Shown here: one piece after another, positions 1-10,346 of the stretch
How positions within the stretch are numbered: position 1 is the first letter of the stretch
Layout of the letters: each line of letters opens with the position of its first letter
DNA from: Chiloscyllium plagiosum
Lineage: Eukaryota
NCBI RefSeq assembly: GCF_004010195.1
Contig: NC_057751.1
Coordinates: 18,526,999-18,559,347, forward strand
Length of the DNA stretch: 32,349 nucleotides
Direction of reading: 5' to 3'
The notes under the pieces: model-generated
Databases searched by the model: none
What the model saw: only the letters and a program-made list of their open reading frames with translations
Told to the model about the DNA's origin: nothing
Made by a program: the position numbers and the translations under genes

Positions 1-231
1 ACCTTCATCCCCTCCCCCACTTACCTATTGTACTCTATGCTACTTACTCCCCACCCCCCACCTCCTCTAGCTTATTCTCCACGCTTCAGGCTCTCTGCCT
101 TTATTCCTGATGAAGGGCTTTTGCCCGAAACGTCGATTTTGCTGCTCCTTGGATGCTGCCTGAATTTTGTGCTCTTCCAGCACCACTGATCCAGAATCTG
201 GTTTCCAGCATCTGCAGTCATTGTTTTTACC
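1..231 (+). mobile_element. Penelope-like element 3' terminus (pseudo-LTR) with minimal hammerhead motif; cut by window edge
   Basis: Sequence cctgatgaagggcttttgcccgaaacgtcgatttt...gatgctgcctga...ttccagcaccact...ccagcatctgcag recurs at 6773-6899, 16489-16616, 16738-16830, 17820-17894 and 26746-26828. Family assignment is from recalled shark repeats and the known PLE-hammerhead association. Confidence 0.75.
105..136 (+). ncRNA. Minimal type I hammerhead ribozyme motif (intact core)
   Basis: CTGATGA at 107-113, an extra A, stem II GGGC-TTTT-GCCC at 115-126, GAAA at 127-130, palindromic ACGT in place of stem III, cleavage triplet GTC at 132-134. Stem I is only TC/GA. Confidence 0.7.
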
Positions 232-736
232 TCTGACACTCCTGTTTACGCTTGCGAGGAGGGCTCCCAGATTGGACCAGGATTACAGTCCCAGTTAGGG
301 AAATCATATTCGGTGAAGTCTAACTGGCTGAACTTGCTACATCACTACATCCCTCCCCCTTTAATTCAGAGGATGTATACGTGTTAGTTTTCTTGTATCC
401 AATTTTGGGGTGTTCTCATACTGGACATGAGTCCTCCGAGTCTGCTTCAGTAACGGGTGCTGTATGTCACACTGATGACTGCCTCTTACAGCTGGAATGT
501 ATTGGAAGAAATCCATCGTGTTCTTCAAGCACTAAAGGCATTGAGGGTGCGACATCCGCTGTGTGCATCTCAGATTCCGAGGTTACTTTGACTTTCGGCA
601 GAGAATGAGAACCCATAGTTTCTGACCTCGTTTCTTGTTGTTCTGAGGGACCGTGTATGTTTTGTTCCTGCACTGTTTGCGAGAGAACAGCTTTGTTGTA
701 ATCCATGCGCTGAGGACTGACTCAGGTACCTGATTT
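232..736 (-). mobile_element. Fragment of a separate LTR retrotransposon: 3' end of internal region, polypurine tract and start of 3' LTR
   Basis: The minus strand reads AAAGGGGGAGGGA (PPT, 362-350) immediately followed by TGTAGTGATG (LTR start at 349). The upstream ORF remnant 467-706 looks like a low-complexity pol tail. Confidence 0.6.
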
Positions 737-1382
737 TAGTAATTAGGCCAGACACTCTTAAAGGATTTCAAGAAAGTTGCCTAGACGCTAGCTTTGCAAC
801 TTGTTTTAAGCACATGCAGTGTGCACATTTCAGGAGAGATGCAACTGGTCAAACCACTGAGTTTCAAACAAACCTAAATTTATTTACAAGATTACAGAAT
901 TAAACACAAACAAAAAAAAACAGAATACCGAATACCTTGGCATATTTGAAAACCTAACAGATCATCCCAACTTCATAATGCAGTTCGAAATACTTGCAAC
1001 AATCCCCATAAACACTCCTTGGGAGAAAAGGTAAAGACAGACACATGGTCTTACAGGAGTGATGTCAGAGAGACAGGTGGCAACATGGTATACCCTACTC
1101 CATTTAGCTGTTTCTTGGATGAGCAACCTCAAACACTGCTACTTGCTAACCAAACAAACAAGACAAAAGCTAAACTGGGAGAACAGGTCACCGATCCCTC
1201 CACCCAATCATTCAATGTTTTTAGACTTGAAAGTCTTTTTTCTTGAGGCAGTATCTGTTAGCTATCGTCAAACTGCCCCTAAAATCCATTAAACCCCAAA
1301 CTTATCATAACCTGTGTCTTTGTGGTATCTTGAGAAAAATAACAAGGACAACACAACCTTGTTAACCAGCGGCATCATCAGA
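737..1382 (-). repeat. 3' LTR of the Gmr1-like element
   Basis: Collinear similarity to 7786-8391 (e.g. ctggtcaaa, aatttatttacaa, atcccaactt, gaaaaggtaaa, gaaaaataacaagg) and, inverted, to 15744-16398. Termini are degraded. Confidence 0.75.
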
Positions 1383-1486
1383 CGCATTAAAAAAAACTAT
1401 TAATGTCCAAAGGTGGCTTCATTTGAATACCCCTTGAACTCAAGTTGTTAATACATTAGAACACTCATATACATTGCATTGACATT

Positions 1487-1821
1487 GGGGCGGCACAGTG
1501 GCTCAGTGATTAGCACTGCTGCCTCGCAGCACGAAAGACCCAGGTTTGATTCCAGCCTCGGGTGACTGTCTGTGTGGAGTTTGTACATTTTCTGTGTCTG
1601 CGTGGGTTTCCTCGGGGTGCTTTGGTTTCCTCCCACAGTCCAAAGAGACGTGCGGGTCAGGTGAATTGGCCACGCTAAATTGCCCATAGTGATAGGTGCA
1701 TCGGTAGGGAGTAAGTGAATGGGTCTGGGTGGGTTACTCTTCGGAGGGTCGGTGGGGACTTGTTGAGCCGAAGTGCCTGTTTCTGCACCGTGGGGAATCT
1801 ATCTAAGAATCTATCTATCTA
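1487..1821 (+). mobile_element. HE1-type tRNA-derived V-SINE, nested in the Gypsy element
   Basis: A-box tggctcagtgattagc, B-box-like ggtttgattcc, V-domain gtgtggagtttgtacatt...ggtttcctcccacagtccaaaga, and an (atct)n-type tail. Confidence 0.9.
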
Positions 1822-2100
1822 ATAATCATACAAACACGCACTCTTACATTACGTTTCAGTTTGTTTTACTCCTGCCACCGAGCACCTCAGTTTCTCATTC
1901 AAGTCTCGACAATATGTTGTCATTCAAGCTTTCTTGTACTTACACATTCAAAATTTACAAGTAAATAGCTGTGACAACAAACTCCATCTAAACAGTCTGG
2001 CATATCTGTCCTTCTATAGTCTTCACAATCGTCAATGGGATATGGTCACTATATATGCATGACTGATGACATAAAGATTGAAGTGTTGTAACAGCAAGAC

Positions 2101-2347
2101 GTGACAGGTTTAGGACAGATATTAGGGGAAGTTCCTTAACTCAGAGAGTAGAATGGGCGTGTAACGGCCAGCCTACAACGGTAGTAGATTCCCCAATGTT
2201 AAGGGCATTTAAGTGGGCATCAGACGTGCATATGGATAATAATGGAACAGTGCAAGTTAGATGGGCATCAGATTATTTTCACAACTTGGCGCAACATCTA
2301 GGGCTGAAGGGTCTGTACTGTACTGTAACGTTCTATGTTCTATGTTC
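2101..2347 (+). mobile_element. CR1/HER1 LINE 3' fragment nested in the Gypsy RNase H region
   Basis: Ends in a (ttctatg)n tail and is homologous to the reverse complement of 18831-19070. TSD taacagcaagac (2089-2100) / taacaccaagac (2348-2359), 11/12 identical. Confidence 0.85.
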
Positions 2348-2424
2348 TAACACCAAGACCAAATTTCGGTTCTCAACTGTCAAATTTTTCTGCAAATGAA
2401 TGTTCAATTTCCTGCAGAAATAAC

Positions 2425-3187
2425 TGGAGAAATGGTGCACTGAGAACAACCTAGCTCTCAATGCCAGCAAAACCAAGGAAATCATTATTGACTTTTGGCA
2501 GCATGTTACTCATGCCCCCCTTTACATTTTAGCACAGAGGTGGAACAAGTGGAGAGTGTCAATTGGTCAATGGTCATCCACAACAAGTTTTATTGGACTC
2601 TTCATGTAGACGTTCTAGTTTCAAAAGCCTAACAATGTCTCTTCTTCCTCTGGCAGCTGAGGAAATTTGACATGAAGGTGAATACCCATGCCAACTTTTA
2701 TAAGTGTGCCTTCGAGAGCATTCTGACTGGATGTATCACTACCTCGTATGGCAACTGTAGCATTCAAGATCAGAGATAGTTACAGAGAGTGGTGAACTCG
2801 GCCCAAACAATCACAAAGGCAGATTCTACAGATGGATTCTGTAGAATCCATCTACCAGGCCCACTGTCAAGGAAAGGCCGCCAGCATTCTCAAAAATCCA
2901 TCCCAACCTGGCAATACTTTTCTACAACCTCTGCCATCGGGAAGAAGATACGAACGCCTGAACACACGCACCAGCCGGTTTCAAAACAGTTTCTACACAA
3001 CTGTTGTAAGAATACTGAATGGACTCACTAACTCTTAACATTTGCCTGTACCTGTGATTTTGTTTTTGCCACTTTTTACCTATTATTTACTTATCAATGC
3101 TACTTAACTCTGTGATCTGCCTATATTGCTTGAAATGTTTTCATTGTTCTTCAGTACACGTGACATTAAATTCAATTCAATTCAATT
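2425..3187 (+). mobile_element. Rex1/Babar-like LINE 3' fragment nested in the Gypsy RNase H region
   Basis: Encodes WCTENNLALNASKTKEIIIDF, ESILTGCITT.YGNC, LQRVVNSAQTI and RTSRFQNSFY; ends in an (attca)n tail. The host RNase H reading resumes on both sides. Confidence 0.8.
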
Positions 3188-3700
3188 CTATAGTCTTTCT
3201 ATCTTCTCATCGTCTTCCTGCAAGAGCACAACACTGCTAGCCACATCACTTGCATTGATAGCCATCTAGAATGGGTTTGCTTAATTAGGTGTGGCTAACA
3301 CTGGGGTAATGGTCAATACTACTTTCAGGCTGCCAAATGCCTTGTGACAGTCCGCTGTCCACTGAAAACTCTTGCCTGTCTTTAGCAATTCAGTGAGTGG
3401 AGAAACCACATTGGTAAAATCCCATACGATCTTTCAATAGAATCCACTCAATCCTCGGCACCATAAGGACTGCTGTTTAGTTGATCTTATGGGAAGCTTC
3501 CCAATTATCTTCGAATGTGCATTCCGTGGAGCCGTTTGTCCATATCCAATAACATGGCTCAGGAAGGTGACTTGGATTGTGGAAAATTCACTTTAAGCTA
3601 ACTTTATCATCAATTCTGCCTTCCTGATCGATCGAACAAGTTTTATAAATGTTGAAAGTGTTTCTTTCATGTATGAGTAAAAATCGTAAGGTCATCAATT

Positions 3701-4016
3701 TTTTTTCATTAGATTAGATTACTTACAGCGTGGAAACAGGCCCTTTGGCCCAACAAGTCCACATCGACCTGCCGAAACACAACCCACCCAGACCCATTCC
3801 CCTACATTTACCCCTTCACGTAACACTACGGGCAACTTATCATGGCCAATTCACCTAACCTGCACATTTTTGGATTGTGGGAGGAAACCGGAGCACATCC
3901 ACACAGACATAGGGAGAATGCGCAACACTCCACACAGAGTCGCCTGAGGTGGGAATTGAATCCAGATCCCTGGCACTGGGAGGCAACAGTGCTAACCACT
4001 GTGCCACCATGCCGCC
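3701..4016 (-). mobile_element. HE1-type SINE inserted in the Gypsy RT catalytic motif
   Basis: Minus strand begins ggcggcatggtggcacagtggttagcactg, contains the V-domain and ends in (taatc)n plus an A run. Confidence 0.9.
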
Positions 4017-6607
4017 TTAATACATACAACATAATTGAGTAATGTGGCAATGACCTTACTGGTGAGTCTCTGTAATGTGGCTGGTGCATTTTGCATACCA
4101 TAGGCATGACTTAATTGAGAGAGTCACTTTGGCGCTATGAAAGCCACAATTATCTTTGCTCTTTCTGACAGTCAGTCTTTGTTACTGTATTGTCTATAGT
4201 TCACACATAATCGTTGGGTATGATCTGGTTTTGTCATCATTACTATGGGCGACCTCCAATCACTGTAACTTACTTCGATTATGTCGTCTTGGAGCAGGTA
4301 TTCAATTTCCTTTTGAACCTTTGCCAACATTACAGCTTATGCCTAGAGGGATGTTGTTTAATCAGAACATCTTTAAATCGTACATAATTAGGAAAGTACT
4401 GCCCAGCTTATTTCTGCACATTGATCGTCAGAACTCTTCCAGGTCATTTTGATTTTCCTTTGGAAGGTAGCTTAATAATTTATCCTAATCTTTGACAAAT
4501 TTTCATTATCCATTTTAACTTGAGAAGCGTCCAATTTAGAATTTTCTGATCCTTGTTATTCACTCTGACTTGAAACCAACGATGCATTCTTCTTTGGCTT
4601 TCCTTTCCTGTCTTTCGAGCATGATCACATGACACACTTTGCGAGATTACATTCTGTCTGGAGTCCTTATCAAATAGTTTACTTATTAAATTTCCTTTCC
4701 ACTTGATAAGGTCCATTAAATCTTGCTTTGAAAGGTTCACCTATCACTGGAAGGAAAACTCAAACCTTAACCTCGGTAGCAAAATTACAAGTTTTTGACT
4801 TCTTGTCTGCTTCCTGTTTCATGATATGATGTGAGAGTTTTAAACTCTGTCGAGCTGACTCCGCCACTGTATTTCATTGCTCCCAAAATTTTACATTTAG
4901 TCCAAATATGTAGTCTCTGAATTCTGACCTACAAGTTTCTCCTTAATCAAATTCAGTGGTCCTCTCTCTTCCTGCCCGTAAACCAATTCAAATAGACTGG
5001 ATTTTGTTGAGTCATTGATGCATCTCTGACCAAAAAAATTACAAAAGCAATTCCCTCATCCAGTCATCTGGATATTCTTGACTATCAGCACTCAACATGG
5101 ACTGTAATGTCTGACATCACCTTCCTAATGTTCCCTGTAATTCTCGGTGGTATGCAATAGATTTTGAATTATTTTATGTCTAAGCTCTACGTTACTACCT
5201 TGAATAATTTCGATATAAAATTTGACCCTTGATCTTATTGAATCTCTATGAGTAGTCCATATCTCTTGAAACTTTGAGTAAGTCCTCACCAGTCCTTTTA
5301 TCTGTGATTTCGCAGAATGGATGAGACTCTGAAAATTTGGTGGATAAGTCCATTATTTTTACCAATTACTGATTCCCACCTTTTGTTGAGGTAGGGGTTC
5401 TACACAAACAATTAAGACTCTTTAAAATGTTCCTCAAATTCAGAAGTATGTATTGAAGATGCATGTTTTATTACTGCCTGCAATTTTCCAATTAGCTGAC
5501 AGGTGTGACATATCAAGCAAATGTCAACTGCATCTTTGTGCCGTCGAGGCCATGAAAAGTATTTTTGAGTTTTAGCATGGGTTTTTCTCACTCCTTAATG
5601 ATCCCCTCGGCGTTGCTCATGTGTTATTCACAACACCTTTTTGTAACCCAGTCACAGTATGATTCATGGACCTCTGCCCATTTCTCAGCTGCCAAAAGAT
5701 ATGATGCCCTTCATTTCTCATGAAGACATTATTTTTAAGATACTAACATTCAGAGATGCATTCGAATTCTTTTTCAGCGTATGGCTTTTGATACAATTGC
5801 TTTAAATTTTCATTTTTCTCCCATAGCTCCGTTAATTTATTTAATCTAATGATGCCTGCCTTGTAATCTATTTTGTCTCCAACATCTGATCAATTATAGT
5901 TGAAATGACTGATAATTATGAATTAGTTCATAAAGCAAAGCTTGGATTCCAAGATCAATTTCAGTACATGAAATGGTGGAAAAGAGAAATCCTCACGTGG
6001 CAAGAGAAAAGTAGATCTTGGTGACGATCATAAGGATAACTTAGGATAAGTTGAAAAGAAACCTTTTCAAGAAAAGCGAAGTTAAAAAGCTCTGGTGTTT
6101 TCATTGATGGGTCTCTGCAAATTCCATTGCAACTTTCTTATCTGTATTATTTAATCTGTCTTATTTCACCTGGTGAGTTTGTGACCTCATCACCACACAG
6201 TCCATAAAAAATCCCAGGATACGTGTCCTCAATACTTCAGTTCCCTGAGCTTTTACTGGCTTTTCAACCATGGTCGGCAGCACTCCAACATATGAACCAG
6301 CTATACCATTGCCAAGGAGAATTCTACTACTGGAGCTGAGAGTTTGTCCAGTACTCCTGCCATTACTTTTACGCTGTTCACTGGACACCCTAGCCTCACT
6401 CTGAATAATTAAGAGCTTCATGTTTCACTGTAAATTCCCGTTGATAGCACGTTTTCTGGCAATAGCCCTTTAGAAGTATGCATCTCCTCATCTTTACAAG
6501 TCAGAGACTAAATGAAGTCTTTGTCTCTTAGAATTGTAATCTCTTTGAATGCTGGTCCTGGCCTATGTGAGTAAACGTTACCTTTGCAGGTATATGGTTT
6601 AAGAAGC

Positions 6608-6703
6608 GAGTCAAAGTTAGAGTGGTGCTAGAAAACCACAGCAGGTCAGGCAGCATCTGATGAGCAGAAAAATCGACGTTTTGGGCAAACGCCCTTTATC
6701 AGG
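6608..6703 (-). mobile_element. Penelope-like terminus fragment with degenerate hammerhead
   Basis: Reverse complement reads cctgataaagggcgtttgcccaaaacgtcgattttt...gatgctgcctgacctgctgtg; both core boxes are mutated. Confidence 0.75.
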
Positions 6704-6741
6704 CTTTTTTTGTTTCTGACATCCGGGTTCTCAGTACTCTT

Positions 6742-6769
6742 GACGTTTCGGGCATAAGCCCTTCTTCAG
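6742..6769 (-). ncRNA. Minimal hammerhead ribozyme core
   Basis: Minus strand reads CTGAAGA A GGGC TTAT GCCC GAAA CGTC. Confidence 0.65.
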
Positions 6770-6772
6770 GAT

Positions 6773-6804
6773 TCCTGAAGAAGGGTTTATGCCCGAAACG
6801 TCGA
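6773..6804 (+). ncRNA. Minimal hammerhead ribozyme core
   Basis: CTGAAGA at 6775-6781, then A GGGT TTAT GCCC GAAA CGTC (ends 6802); stem II has one U-G wobble. Confidence 0.65.
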
Positions 6805-7785
6805 TTCTCCTGTTCCCTGGATGCTACCTGACCTGCTGCGCTTTTCCAGCAACACATTTTCAGCTCTGATCTCCAGCATCTGCAGACCTCACTTTCTCCT
6901 TCTCAGTACTCTTCTAAATCCAACAAGATTAATTCAGTTTAGAATACTGCATTGCAGCGAAATCACTGGAGCATTTTAACATCTTTCCCCTTCACGGGTT
7001 TTCTTTTTAACCTGTGGTAAGTCATCCTTATGTTTTTTTTTACTGAAATCTACCTTTGCTTTTCCATCCGAGGATTTCTCTTTTCTCCAATTTCAATCCG
7101 TCACAGATTTAAAATGATGCTTGAAATGAAACTTTGATTGATGAACCAATTCATAATCGTCAGCCATATCAGCTGCTAATGTTGTGGTTTTAACATGAGT
7201 TCTCATTGCCTCACTTAGCTTACCTTCTGTCTTCACCTCCATCATTTTAAGCCGTGTTTCCTGTCTGAGTACCAATGTCGGAAGTTCAAACTCTTGCTCC
7301 TTTTTCTTTTTGTTCTGCTATGGCCTTTCGTTTTTTTCCTCATTCTTCTGATTTTAATCGTAATTCAATCAGTTTCAATCTGTCTTCTCTTTCTATTTCC
7401 TTTGCATCTAACTCAAGCTGCTTCATTTTCAATTAAATTTTAGCAATCGCCAATGTTTCAGATGGCGTTTCCAGCAACTTTAAATGCTGAGCTGTTGCTT
7501 TATTAACTCCATTCTTTTTTTCGGAGACACAGTCAACTTCAACTATAACAAGCTTGCCAACTCCAGAAGTTTTTCCTTCTTCACCTTTTCTAAAGCCCCC
7601 GAAGTCACTTCTTCTCTCCTAGAAATTTCTTAGTGACTGAAAGAAACATTACTACACCAAGCACTGCTTAAACAAAACAAATACCATAACCGTAACAAAA
7701 TACATAAATACCTAACAGTTGCTGCCTTTAAGCCCAACATCCCTAATCCCAAATTGGGACTACAGAACAAATCACACAAATCCCT

Positions 7786-8391
7786 TGTGGACCACACCAT
7801 CCCCCTTCAACACATTTTAAGAAGATAAGCCAGACTCTAACTTTCATAGTTGTTTTAACCACGTGTAAGATTAATATTCCAGGAGTGATGTAGCTGGTCA
7901 AAACAACCAGGTTAAACAAAACAGAATTTATTTACAAAATAGCAAACGAAACATAAACAAAAAAAATATATAAAGTGAATTAACGTATCGGAAAACCCAA
8001 CTGACTCTATCCCAACTTAATGATACTATTCCAATGTCCTACAATATCCCGTTAAATGCACCTTTGGCAAGAAAAGGTAAAATCAAACAGAGAAGGAGTC
8101 AGCCAGAAAACCTCTGTTGAGTCCAGAAATATTTTTATTCAGTAGAGTTTCATTGACCAGTAGCTTCAAACTAAACCAAACTATATAAAAAACTGAGATC
8201 GAAGACCTGGCAACTCGCCCTTTCATTGTACAAGTGTTTTTATTTAAAAAAAACTATAAACGCCTCCTCTGATTGTTGACTTAGGCCGTTTCAGTTAGCC
8301 ATTTTAAAGTAGCCAGTACCCCTGTGCTTCTGACCAGCCCCGAAAAATAACAAGGGCAAAATAATTTTATTTACGGGGCAACACCATCTCA
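7786..8391 (-). repeat. 5' LTR of the Gmr1-like element
   Basis: Minus strand starts TGAGATGGTGTTGC and ends ...CCACA. Homologous to 737-1382 and 15744-16398. No clear PBS seen. Confidence 0.75.
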
Positions 8392-8873
8392 AACTGAATT
8401 AACAAGGAAGGTCAGATTATAACAGTATGTAGCAAAGAAAGCTCTCTCAAGGAGCTGGACATATGTGATAATTAGTGACTCAACAGTCTCAGCAAAATGG
8501 AAGTAATCTCTGTAATGAATATGAAAACATGTTTAGATATTGATGTGAATGAAAGTGCCTAAAATAGTGCAAGTGGTGCTGCTTGAAGACAAATTGCAAA
8601 TAACCTTTGAGGATCTGGATCAGGTTAATCACTTCCTTAGGGTATACATATACTAACTGAAATCTAAATTTAACACACCACACCTTTAGGCTAAACCTGT
8701 CGTAATTTTTTTTTTCAAATGACAAAAGAAATTCAAGTGTGATCACAGGTTCCCATCGGAGATAACACACAACATAAAGTATCACCTCTGAACTGGCTCA
8801 TCAACAGTTGCAGGAAGATTCTTCAAATCCGAAAGATTTCCAGCTGCAGGGAGAGATTGTTTCATCAACAAGA

Positions 8874-8922
8874 ATGGTCGCAAAAGTGTATTACACTATT
8901 CTTGCTATTGTTGGTATTCCTG
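8874..8922 (+). CDS. Coding exon 1 of the orphan class A GPCR (MVAKVYYTILAIVGIP, TM1 N-terminal half)
   Basis: ATG at 8874 and a phase-1 donor G|GTAGGT at 8922/8923. Splicing to 14068 restores the TM1 motif GIP-V-NLVAIV in frame. Confidence 0.8.
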
Positions 8923-9771
8923 GTAGGTGTTGTAACAATCTACTTTGTATAATTCAGTGCATTGAATCATAGTCATTTCCACTCTCGGACTGATAATTTG
9001 TTTATTTACATTCAGGAAATTAAATGGCAATTGCAAGAAATAGTGTCCTCATTTCTTAAGTTTCAAGTGTATTGTTTATCGTTCAGGAGACTCGACAGTA
9101 ATGTGCAGCATTGCCTCTTTTTCTGTATTGTACAGGATGTGCTTGCATTGACACCTCATTGACAGAGTTTGGCTGAACATCAGTACTGCTTTGTCAAAAA
9201 AACTGTTCAGCAAGGTTGATCTCTCAGTGGAATTGCAAAGCTTGCGATCGCTGAAGTGGGTTTTATAACAATTACTTTATAGTCACATCAAATATTTCCA
9301 ATGCCTTGATCTGAATGAAATTTGACCAGACGTAACATATACAAAACTTGGTTGAGAACGTGGTTATGGAGAGATAGTGAAGGTCAGCATGGATAGCTTT
9401 GAATACCCCGTGATTGAGTCAGTGGATGCGTGGGGACATGACATGTGTGAGGACAGATAGCTGGGATGAGTGCTGAGCACAAGGTTCCAATTAAAATGTA
9501 AAATTGAAATTAAAAGTGTATTGTTCAAATTACTTGAACTCAAATTGACGTGTTAGTTGTGGTATGTATAATATGCGGCACACATTTAACAGGACAATTA
9601 TTGACAGAGCAGTGGCAACAGTGCCCCCAAATTGGTTCAAACAAGTTTAACAAACATGATGCTTCTCACCCTTCCCATTGTTGCTGTTCAATTTGATGTT
9701 CTCAGAATGCTGTTGGTTCACGTAAAGTTCCTCCCAGATCGTATGTTTTGGAATATGATTTTGTGCTTAGT

Positions 9772-10063
9772 TAGCACTGTGTATTTGGTTAACACTGCTG
9801 TCTCACAGCACCAGAGTCCCAGGTACAATTGTAGCCTTGGCCAACTGCACAGAGTTTGCACATTTGCCAGTTGTCCGCATTGGCTTTCACTGTGTGCTCT
9901 ACTTTCCTCCCACAATCCAAATACGTGCAGATTAGACGGATTGGCCATGGTGGTTGCAGGATTAAGGAGATAGGATGAGGAATGTGTCTGAGTGGTTTGT
10001 TCTTTGCAGGTTCAATGTTTCAAATGGCCTCTATCTCCACCATAGGGGTTCTATTATTCTATT
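9772..10063 (+). mobile_element. Old HE1-type SINE in the GPCR intron
   Basis: ggttaacactgctgtctcacagcaccagag head, gagtttgcacatt and tttcctcccacaatccaaa V-domain, ttctatt tail. Confidence 0.8.
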
Positions 10064-10192
10064 AATTTATTATTATTATTATTTTTATTGCTTCGATGTT
10101 GCTGCCAATGATTTTGGTGTGACATTTTGTCGTTGAAGACGCTGGCTATATTTGTAGACCGATTTACAGTGAGACACACGGTGTTAGAACAC

Positions 10193-10346
10193 GACTGTGG
10201 GAGGAAACCGGCGCACCCACAGGAAACTCACGCAGACACGTGGAGAATGTGCAAACTCCACCCAGTCAGTCGCCTGAGGCAGGAATGAACCCAGGTCTCT
10301 GGCGCTGTGAGGCAGCAGTGCTAACCACTGTGCTACTGTGCTGCCC
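10193..10346 (-). mobile_element. 5' half of an HE1-type SINE in the GPCR intron
   Basis: Minus strand reads gggcagcacagtagcacagtggttagcactgctgcctcacagcgccagagacctgggttcattcc through ggtttcctcccacagtc. Confidence 0.9.

Larger units (their letters stand above)
6742..6899 (+). mobile_element. Short Penelope-like insertion with 5' inversion: two divergent hammerhead motifs, 14-bp TSD
   Basis: Perfect TSD ttctcagtactctt at 6728-6741 and 6900-6913. Arms 6742-6771 and 6773-6802 form a 29/30 inverted repeat. Confidence 0.85.
737..8391 (-). mobile_element. Decayed near full-length Ty3/Gypsy LTR retrotransposon, Gmr1-like (gag-PR-IN-RT-RH)
   Basis: Minus-strand remnants in order: gag (MRTHVK...AADMADDYELVH, ~7250-7130), protease ITILRD (~6540-6520), integrase CHTCQLIGK (~5510-5485) and EIQ*DQGSN (~5247-5220), RT MP-YGMQNAPAT (~4110-4075) and IDD (~3699-3691), RNase H start AINASD (~3265-3245), YFCRKL (~2422-2405), DHIPL...ARLFRWSLL (~2050-1975). 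Homologous LTRs at both ends. Many stops and frameshifts. Confidence 0.85.

Noticed and set aside
1487..1560. tRNA gene (also ~3945-4016, 10275-10346, 31140-31190)
   Set aside because: A/B boxes continue directly into V-SINE bodies, so these are tRNA-derived SINE heads.
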